A stretch of DNA of 9,188 bases from Octopus sinensis (Eukaryota), in assembly GCF_006345805.1 (NCBI RefSeq), contig NW_021828208.1, positions 1 to 9,188 of the forward strand, written 5' to 3'. Shown here in pieces: positions 1 to 7,291 of this stretch (position 1 is its first letter; every line of letters starts with the position of its first letter). Under the pieces are notes generated by a model. That model searched no databases and was not told where the DNA came from. It was given only the letters and a program-made list of their open reading frames with translations. A program made the translations under genes and the position numbers.

Positions 1-133
1 GAGACCTAATGCTCAAATGGACTCAGTTGCTTTGCCTCCGTGAGGCCCAATGCTTGAAAGGTACTTGGCCACTTTGCCTCTGTGAGGCCCAATGCTCAAA
101 AGGAACTCAGTCACTTTTGCCTCCATGAGGCTA
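1..133. repeat. Tandem repeat of ~42 bp (units start at 1, 42, 84, partial at 127)
   Basis: Three units of 41/42/43 bp (gag(g/a)cc(c/t)aatgct...tttgcctc) visible directly; GCCTC-N3-GAGGC hairpins span the unit junctions at 35-46, 76-88 and 119-131. Confidence 0.9.
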
Positions 134-1908
134 ACACATGTCCTCGGCTGTCACTGCCTATGTTTCGTAGCCATGTAGCATAACTGTTTGCACACAGGCA
201 TCATACAATTTGCCTTTCACTCTGAAAGAGAGGCCCCTTGTTGCCAGCTGAGGTAGGAGCTCTCTGAACTTTGCCCAGCCTAATCTTATTCTCACAGCTA
301 TGCTCTCAGAGCACCCCACTCCACTACTAATTTGGTTGCTTAGATAACAAAAGCTACCTCAAGCTTGCCCCTATGCAGTTGATGAAGTCTACTTTCTGCA
401 CATTTTCAGCATTTATTGTACCTGTGCATCATCCATATACATATATAACCTTCCTCTGATATTGCTTCATCTTTTATGTGTCCAAAGCCTACACCGGGTG
501 CATCTTACCTATGCCGTTTCTACAGATTGAGCAGGGTCATCTACCTGAAGTGATTTGTGATTTGTCTGCATTCCTACTTACTAAGACTTTGGCATTTGCT
601 AGGTTAACTGTAAAGCCCTTCAATTCTAGACCTTGCTTCCATACCTGGGACTTCTTCTCTAGTTCTGGTAGTGGTTCAACTATAATAGCAAGGTCATCAA
701 CATAGAGGAACTCCCAGGGGCAGCCTGTCTTGAATAACTCTGTTATTGCCTGGAGGACAATGATGAACAAAAGGGGGCTGAGCACTGATCCTTGGTGAAC
801 CCCTACTTGTACCCTGAGTTCTTCATTGTACTCATTGCCAACCCTCACCCTACTGGTAGCATTCCTGTACATGGCTTGTACAGCTCTCACTAACCACTCG
901 TCTATCCCTAGTTTCCACACTGACCACCAGACAAGGGATTGGGGGACCCTGTCAAAGGATTTCTCCAAGTCAACAGTGGTTTATCTTTGGCTAGGTATTT
1001 CTCCTGCAGTTGCCTTACCAGAAATATAACATCAGTGGTGTTTCTGCCTGGCACAAAACCAAACTGCATCACATCTATACTATCTTTCTACCTAATTAGT
1101 TGGGCTATGACTCTCTCCATAACTTTCATCACCTGATCCAACAATTTGATACCTCTATAATTATTTCTATCTATGGCATCACCTTTACCTTTGTAGCAGC
1201 TGAATATGGTGCTGCTACACCAGTCATTGGGTATGACTCCTTCATGGACCACCTGATTTACAGTACAGGTAACTAGATCATAACCCACACCGCCAAATAT
1301 TTTAAGCATCTCAGTGGTGATTCTTGATGGACCAGGGACTTTTCCTGTCTTCATATCCTTAATTGCTTTATCTACCAAAGAATTGTCAATTCGAGTAGCT
1401 GGTCCCTCAATTGGGACAACATTTGGCAAACTGTCCACCTCTCAATCACTCTCCACATTCAGCAGTCTTTCATAATAGCATTTCCAGGCCTCTTTCTTTG
1501 CAGAATCATTTAATGCAAGTGCACCATCATCCATGCGGACACATTTCTCTCCTATGGCATCACGATTTTCTCTCACACAGTCTTGCAATCTGAAACACTT
1601 CAGTTCTTTGGTCCGCATGTCGCTGAACATAGGCAAACTTCTTTTCTGCTTCTCCTTTGGCTAGATATACCTGTCTCCTAGCTATCTGATACAGTTCCAT
1701 GCTATACTCAATTTTCCAGTCCTTCCTGGTCCATTTCTTTGCTCTAATGGCCCTGTCTACTGCTTTGTTCTATTACCATGTTACCCTAGGTCTGGTTAGG
1801 ACTGCACACCACCCACAGATTTGGTTTGTGGTACTCAGCAAGCTGTCCTGCAGAGATACCCAGTTGCCCTCTGTGTCACAAGTTTGTCACTCCTCCTCCC
1901 TCTCATCA
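1..1908 (-). mobile_element. 5'-truncated, decayed RTE-clade non-LTR retrotransposon (ORF2 linker + reverse transcriptase), running off the window start
   Basis: ORF-track fragments 1442-1636, 1088-1438 and 537-968 are consecutive pieces of one ORF2 with stops and frameshifts. Recognisable motifs: KGKGD...NYRGIKLL, FDRVP, GVHQGSVLSPLLF, YVDD, followed by RIRLGWAKFRELL at ~290-250. No endonuclease domain is seen. The 5' boundary near 1908 is approximate. Confidence 0.93.
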
Positions 1909-2221
1909 TGAGTAGAAATAGTGAAAGCTGACCTCAGGAGACAAAGCCTCATAAAGATGAGAAAAGAACTAAACTAATGATAAGATGCTGTGTTGGAGAT
2001 CCTTCAAACCTATGTAGATATAATAGAACAGATGGTAAAATAGATGTGATGGCACCAACATCATTTCTTTATATTTGAACTTAATTATGGAAGACAAAGT
2101 AACAGTCAAAAATAAAGAGAGCAATAAAAATGAAGTGACAATAAGATAAATACTGTTGACAAATAATTTTTTCAAATAATAAAAAATAACATGAATAAAG
2201 AATTGTTATTATTGTACTTAC

Positions 2222-2295
2222 CAAAATCATTGAAGTCAGAAGAAAGAGCTTCAACAGCTTTAAGAAACCCAGTAGCTAAAGTTACACATGAAGGT
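2222..2295 (-). CDS. PGM3: PGM3 coding exon, last in window (74 nt)
   Basis: ctgttttatttcag|ACCTTCATGT...GATTTTG|gtaagt; translates (R)PSCVTLATGFLKAVEALSSDFNDF(G), aligning with the PGM3 RPSS....DYG segment. Continues the frame from the 4014-4109 exon. Confidence 0.92.
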
Positions 2296-3230
2296 CTGAA
2301 ATAAAACAGAACAAGCTATCAAAATAATATTTAACTAGTGGAACCAGTGGAATTTCCACAACCCTTTTCAGTGTCAAACCACTACCAAGGTTCAGTTCAA
2401 GTTATTTACCAATTGAGATTTCAATTTCATTTCCTCATTCACAATATTATCATTTATGCAAACTTTTGCCCTTTCCTTTCTTTTGGTATCAGTTGTTTCT
2501 TAAATGAAATACTTAGTCTTGATGTGAAGATAGAAACATTACAGTGGCCAAGGCTTAGGCAGAAGAGATGTCATTAAAGAAAATGCTAATTCTGTCAGAA
2601 GGAATGACTTTTCTCAATTTCAAAAAGCATTCATATTTTTAGTATGATGCGAAATGTATGCAGAAAATCAGTAATGATTATAGAGAATAAAAAATTAGTA
2701 TTCTCACTGAGTAATACTGACTGTTAATCAACAGGAAAGGCTGAGTACAAGTAAACTGAAAAAGTGGTAGGCTAATGTAAGCATAAAAGACAATTGTATT
2801 TACATTCACAGTTTTGTTGTCCTAAATCAGTAATTATAATACCTATCCTTGTGATGTGCAGAAAATTGTGCCCATCCTTAAATAATACCATATATAAAAT
2901 GCCATCTGCAAGTGATAGCATAGCATTATTTTAATTACAGTAATGGATTGGACAGGTTGCCACAGTTGGTATTAGTATGTATTCAGATGTACTGCATACT
3001 TAGGTCAGAAGACATCATCTCACTTACATTTCAGTTTCACAACTTCAAGTGTTTGATTGCTCATCAGCCTCTTTACAGAATGAGAAGCAGAGTCATAGAA
3101 GCATGAATGATAAGGGGAGAGACAGGAGTACACAGTATTCTGACTGAGACGACAAGGTTATGACAGAAGGCAATATGATAGGATGAGAGGCTATAAATAA
3201 GTCAATGATGTACACTTGGCAGTTTGTGGA

Positions 3231-3251
3231 TGTGTGTGTATGTGTGTGTGT
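3231..3251. repeat. (TG)n microsatellite with one interruption
   Basis: tgtgtgtgtatgtgtgtgtgt. Confidence 0.9.
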
Positions 3252-3836
3252 CTTAAGATGGCTCCAGAACCTGGCACATGTATTCCTCTCTGTGTCCATG
3301 AAAAGATCTTCAAACACCTCCTTGATCTTGGCCACCAGCTCAGCCTTAGTGTTGCATGCAGAGTGGTTGATGTCTTTCTTAATTGTGCCTCACACATAGT
3401 AATCCATGGGATTACAATTGGGAGAATAAGAAGGCTAGAAACTGGGACAGGTGAAGTCGTAGAAATTCTTTGACAACCACTTATGACTCTTTTGGAGGTA
3501 TGACAAGGAAATGAATCCTGCTACTGCACATATGGCCTTCCAGCAACAACCCTCTCCAGCTAGGGATTGACTACAGTTTCCAGCAGTTTCACAAAGTCAT
3601 CTGAACTGAGCCTAAGGCTCTGTTCAAAGATGTGGGGATGATTCTTGGTTGTGTCCCTTCCTATTAGCCACAGCTTTGTAGTCTCCATTGTAGCTGTCCA
3701 TGTCATGTCTTACAGCCTTTACAGTGTTTGCAGAGCATTGAGCAGCAATTATGATGTTGGCACTTTGAAACCTGGCATGAATCATCATTATACAGGTAAC
3801 TCTCTTCCAATATTCAGATGGCTTCCTGTCCTCCAT
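3252..3836 (-). mobile_element. Decayed, internally deleted Tc1/mariner-superfamily transposase, DD37D (maT-type)
   Basis: N-terminal piece MEDRKPSEYWKR...CSANTVKAVR (ATG at 3836). Across stops and one frameshift the C-terminal piece reads HIFEQSLRLSSDDFVKLLETVVNP*LERVVAGRPYVQ*QDSFPCHTSKR/SHKWLSKNFYDFTCPSF*PSYSPNCNPMDYYV*GTIKKDINHSACNTKAELVAKIKEVF. There are 37 residues between the QD and NPMD aspartates after restoring one base. No terminal inverted repeats identified. Confidence 0.88.
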
Positions 3837-4013
3837 GTCAGCTAACTTTTTCTTGACTCTAATCTCTGTGCTCTCCAATGCCATTAACTGTTCATTGATA
3901 TATCAAGTTGTTCTTGAAAAAAGGAGTCATAAAAATCATCAAATTTAGTTTGAACATGCTGCACATATTTCAATTGTAAACTGTTCAGAGAAGAAATACT
4001 CCCTAAAACTTAC

Positions 4014-4109
4014 CTTGTATCTTTGGCAAGAAACACAGAACCCTTCACATTCATATCAATATCTTCAGACTTAATAATTTTCATCATTACAGAATCTATT
4101 TTAGAATCT
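4014..4109 (-). CDS. PGM3: PGM3 coding exon (96 nt)
   Basis: tttattttcag|AGATTCTAAA...GATACAAG|gtaagt; translates (S)DSKIDSVMMKIIKSEDIDMNVKGSVFLAKDT(R), ending in the family x-x-D-T-R motif. Phase 2 at both ends, consistent with its neighbours. Confidence 0.93.
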
Positions 4110-4319
4110 CTGAAAATAAATTAATGAATAATCAGATTCAGGATAATAATACATCAATAGGAATATATTTGAAGTCAAAAGGCAATGGTGTAAAAACCGT
4201 CTTTCAAGCAGATGGCCCCAACAAAAAATATAAATCAAACTAAGGAGATGAATACAATGAATTATTACACAATTACAATATGGCTAATGAAAAAATTAAA
4301 ACAGAAAAACTGAACTTAC

Positions 4320-4449
4320 GAAACATTTGCCAATTCAATTGCATATTTTTCCCAACTTGCTGCTAACATATCTCCCATAGGATCCACAATTTTAATGCCA
4401 TTGTCTTCAACAGGGTTATGTGAAGCAGTTATCATTGCTCCAATTGTTG
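4320..4449 (-). CDS. PGM3: PGM3 coding exon containing the catalytic phosphoserine loop (130 nt)
   Basis: ttgtattccag|CAACAATTGGA...AATGTTTC|gtaagt; translates (A)[42 protein letters not shown](S). TASHNP..DNG.K is the alpha-D-phosphohexomutase active-site motif, and the surrounding sequence is of the PGM3/AGM1 type. Confidence 0.97.
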
Positions 4450-4724
4450 CTGGAATACAAGGCAACATATAGAATGCAGATATCGTTTTATAAAATGTGA
4501 GAATTGATGAGACTTCTATGCATGATATTATTTTAGACAGCAGTAATGAAATTACATGCAGATAAAAGATTAGAAAGCTGTGATGTTTTAAGAGAAAAAA
4601 AACATATTCCTTTAATTAACTAAAGATAAATGTAGAAGCATTGATGGACAATGTAACAATAATTGCTGGAAAACGACTAAATAGATTAAGTAATTATTAA
4701 TTTTATCATTTCTCTAAGAGAGGA

Positions 4725-4882
4725 GGTGAAATCAAATGAATTGACCCTAGTACATGTTTTGCTTATTTTATCAACAGCAAAAAGATAAATACCTAAGTTA
4801 ATAGGATTTTAACTTAAAACTCAGAGAGATGAAACTAAATATTGTAATGATAGTACTTCACTGTCTTTGCCAGACACAGCCC
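4725..4882 (-). mobile_element. Heavily decayed SINE copy (same family as 5408-5880)
   Basis: 4762-4775 cttattttatcaac is the exact reverse complement of 5864-5877 gttgataaaataag; the flanking sequence resembles the cephalopod SINE as I recall it. Boundaries approximate. Confidence 0.55.
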
Positions 4883-5277
4883 TTGATTAAATAAACCATT
4901 AATAAATATATTTAAAAAGTAACACAATACAAACAAATATATGAAAAAATCCTTGGTTAAATTATTCAAATTATCTAATTAATGAGAGATATTCTATGTG
5001 TGCTGGTTCTTGAAATGTTGCAGGAAACTTAACCATTTATGTTGTCAAGCATCTTCATAGAGTATGACAGTAACCATGTAAAAGTTAATGAGCACGGATA
5101 TACATGTCTTGCAAGTCATCTGCATACATACCTAAACAATAAGCATTGAACCAATCATATCTATTTGTCATTTAGATAACTGAGCATAAAAAATAAAGAG
5201 CAATATTTGGACCTAAATACTGCTCTAGTTTTTAGGGAGATCAAGGTTTAGAAAAGACTAAACGCAGTAATCCTTAC

Positions 5278-5348
5278 CTTTTGTGCACTTAGATCTTAAC
5301 ACAGCAAGGATACCCATTCGAAACATGACATGAGTCAAGTCAGTGGCT
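5278..5348 (-). CDS. PGM3: PGM3 (phosphoacetylglucosamine mutase) internal coding exon, first in window (71 nt)
   Basis: Minus strand reads ttttttattttttag|AGCCACTGAC...ACAAAAG|gtaagg and translates x-ATDLTHVMFRMGILAVLRSKCTK, matching the human PGM3 segment [23 protein letters not shown] as I recall it. Starts in phase 2, ends in phase 1, compatible with the next exon. Confidence 0.95.
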
Positions 5349-5407
5349 CTAAAAAATAAAAAAATATAGACATAGCAAATCTTTTTATCTTTCTCAACAT
5401 ATATAAA

Positions 5408-5617
5408 GTGACAAGAAGGCAGAACCATTAATGCATCAGAGAAAATGCTTAAACAGCATTTCTTCTGGTTTGTTACATTTTCAATTCAAATTCCACCAAG
5501 GTTGACTGTCCCTTTCATCTTTTCAGTACCAGTTGAGCATTTTGGTCAATGTAATCAACCAAACATGTTCCACTAAAATTGCTGATTTTGTGCCAACATT
5601 TGAAATGATTATTATTG
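5408..5617 (+). mobile_element. Decayed tRNA-derived SINE (octopus-type; family not assigned)
   Basis: Head ggcagaa...aaaatgctt, B-box-like ttcaaattcc (5485), core g(tt)gact...cctttcatc...agtaccagtt, tail aaaattgctg...ttgtgccaa.atttgaa...attattatt. Aligns by eye with the copy at 5750-5880. Confidence 0.7.
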
Positions 5618-5640
5618 ACAGACTTTTTAGACAAAACAAA

Positions 5641-5685
5641 CAAAATGCCTTGTGGTATTTGTTCCAGTTGTTCAGATTCTGAGAA
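5641..5685 (+). mobile_element. Short SINE head fragment
   Basis: aaaatgccttgtggtatttgtt (5642) versus aaaatgccttgcagtatttgct (5780). Confidence 0.45.
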
Positions 5686-5749
5686 TCCTACCAAAGTCAA
5701 CTTACTTCTCATCTTTTCACAGACCTTGGGTCTAGGGAAGAAAGGGTGA

Positions 5750-5880
5750 TGAAATGGCAGAATAGTTGGAATATATGAAAAAATGCCTTGCAGTATTTGC
5801 TTGGCTCTTTATGTTCACAGTTCAAATGCTACTGAGATTAACTTTGCCTTTCATCCTTCCAAGGTTGATAAAATAAGTCA
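5750..5880 (+). mobile_element. Decayed tRNA-derived SINE, head and core, lacking its own 3' part
   Basis: tggcagaatagtt...aaaatgcc...gttcaaatgc...actttgcctttcatccttccaaggttgataaaataagt; homologous to 5408-5560. Confidence 0.7.
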
Positions 5881-5883
5881 TCA

Positions 5884-6480
5884 AGGAAATGACTAGTGAC
5901 CGAGACCTTTGGAAATATGCCGTGCGTGAGAAGACCCGGCAAGCCAAATGAAACCATAATCTCATGGCCTATGCCAGCCCACTTATGTGTAACCTTTTCC
6001 TTCTTTCGACACTAAAACTCTGCTTGCAAAGACCTGTTGAGGCAAGTGAAATCAAATCAATCAAAATCAAAATCAAATTCGATGACTGGCGTCCGTGCTG
6101 GCAGGGTGCAAAGAGCACCATCCGAACATGATCGTTGCCAGAGCAGCCAACTGGCTTCCATGCCAGTGGCATGTAAAAGGGCACCATTCAAGCGTGGTCG
6201 TTACCAAAGTCACCTTACTGGCACCTGTGCTGGTGGCATGTGTAAAAGGATTTGAGCAAGGTCGTTGCCAGTACCGCCTGACTGGCCCCCGTGCCGGTGG
6301 CACGTAAAAAGCACCCACTACACTCTCAGAGTGTTTGGCATTAGGAAGGGCATCCAGCTGTAGAAACTCTGCCAAATCAAGATTGGAGCCTGGTGCAACC
6401 ATCTGGTTCGCCAGCCCTCAGTCAAAAGCATCCAACCCATGCTAGCATGGAAAGCAGACGCTAAACGATGATGATGATGA
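5884..6480 (+). mobile_element. 3' end of an RTE LINE: last ORF2 codons, long 3' UTR and (GAT)n tail
   Basis: Begins with EMTSDRDLWKYAVREKTRQAK*, homologous to EAMTKDRGLWRYAVTSKTRQMK* at 7914-7982. The terminal ~190 bp matches 8446-8620. Ends in gatgatgatgatga (6467-6480). Confidence 0.88.
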
Positions 6481-6544
6481 ACATAGTTGTACAAAATTTA
6501 GATCTATACTTACATATAAGAGACCAAAGTGTATGTACACTGGA

Positions 6545-7241
6545 CTCTATTGTTCTTTGTATTCCTTCATTATTTCCTTCTTTCTTTCAGCCCTTTCACA
6601 CTTTGTTCATTCTACTCTTCATTCCTTCGTTCGGCCTCTCTCACATTTCCTGGCCTTCTCTTCATGCTCACTTTCCCTCTTTCACTTCACTGTGTCTCTT
6701 TCGTTTTTCTCTCACCCCTCCTTAATTCTTCTATCTCTCTGCCTCTACCTCTCTCTCTTCTCTACCCACATGACCGGTGTTCGGCCAGGCCTGACCTTTC
6801 TTTCTTGGGTGGACTACTGTCCGTGCAACATCTGTATTTCTTCCTGTGTTTAATAAATCGTATGTCCCTGCCGTAAGGCTTTACTTCCACACACACAAGC
6901 TTAATTTAATTCATCCTTAGTCAAAAGACACCTGTTGTTATGTCCTGTTATTTGTATTTGTATAACATTTCTGTTTTTTTCATTCTTGTTCCGTATACAT
7001 TCGCTGCTTTCTTCCAAGGAATGTAATGCTCTTAGCTTATTTTTCCTTGGGGCTGGCCATATTGGAGCAATCTCAAGTATAACCAGCTGAAATTGCAAAG
7101 ATAACCTGGAACTCGACTAAAGATAGAAAACTCCAAATGATCTGTTCTTGTTTTCCTTGTATCGTCTGTCTGGATATTTTGTTTTCCCTATTTTTGTTTC
7201 ACCTAACTGTCTGGATATTTTGCGATTTTGTCCCATTTTTG

Positions 7242-7246
<5 letters not shown>
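6545..7246. repeat. Unclassified interspersed repeat with a pyrimidine-rich 5' part (possibly a Penelope-like terminal region)
   Basis: CT-rich tract 6545-6765; 16-bp direct repeat ctgtctggatattttg at 7166 and 7207; shares short anchors with 8650-9115; ends at (TA)n. The classification is inference only. Confidence 0.4.

Positions 7247-7286
<40 letters not shown>
7247..7286. repeat. (TA)20 microsatellite
   Basis: Perfect TA run of 40 nt. Confidence 0.97.

Positions 7287-7291
<5 letters not shown>

Noticed and set aside
1-133. CRISPR-like array (palindromic ~42-bp repeats)
   Set aside because: Units are contiguous with no unique spacers, there are no cas genes, the context is a spliced eukaryotic gene, and the unit derives from LINE sequence.
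697-708. YVDD instead of the usual YADD RT motif as a functional variant
   Set aside because: It sits in a copy with many stops and frameshifts; a single neutral substitution explains it.
1-2221. Next PGM3 exon (..TTPQLH..)
   Set aside because: Not found; the region is almost entirely RTE sequence, so the exon presumably lies left of the window.
1969-2577. ORFs 1969-2175 (-) and 2338-2577 (+) as genes
   Set aside because: AT-rich intronic sequence, non-ATG starts, no recognisable motifs.
3028-3070. Cryptic minus-strand exon ending at the GTAAGT donor at 3027
   Set aside because: Poor acceptor (taaag), no similarity to PGM3, frame-shifting length; the hexamer is at chance frequency. The same applies to the GTAAGT at 6513.
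3885-3990. Terminal inverted repeat for the DD37D element, including the palindrome ttgatatatcaa near 3895
   Set aside because: No matching inverted sequence found at the other end (~3100-3250); a short AT-rich palindrome is expected by chance.
5408-5880. Genuine tRNA genes (B-box-like ttcaaat)
   Set aside because: No cloverleaf can be folded; the motif sits within decayed SINE heads.
5969-6402. Overlapping ORFs in 5969-6402 and 8387-8762 as proteins
   Set aside because: Chance frames in GC-richer RTE 3' UTR repeats; the two homologous regions do not preserve a common long frame.
6468-6876. Hydrophobic Leu/Phe/Ser-rich ORFs as membrane proteins
   Set aside because: Translation artefacts of a CT-rich low-complexity tract; the same applies to 8704-9120.
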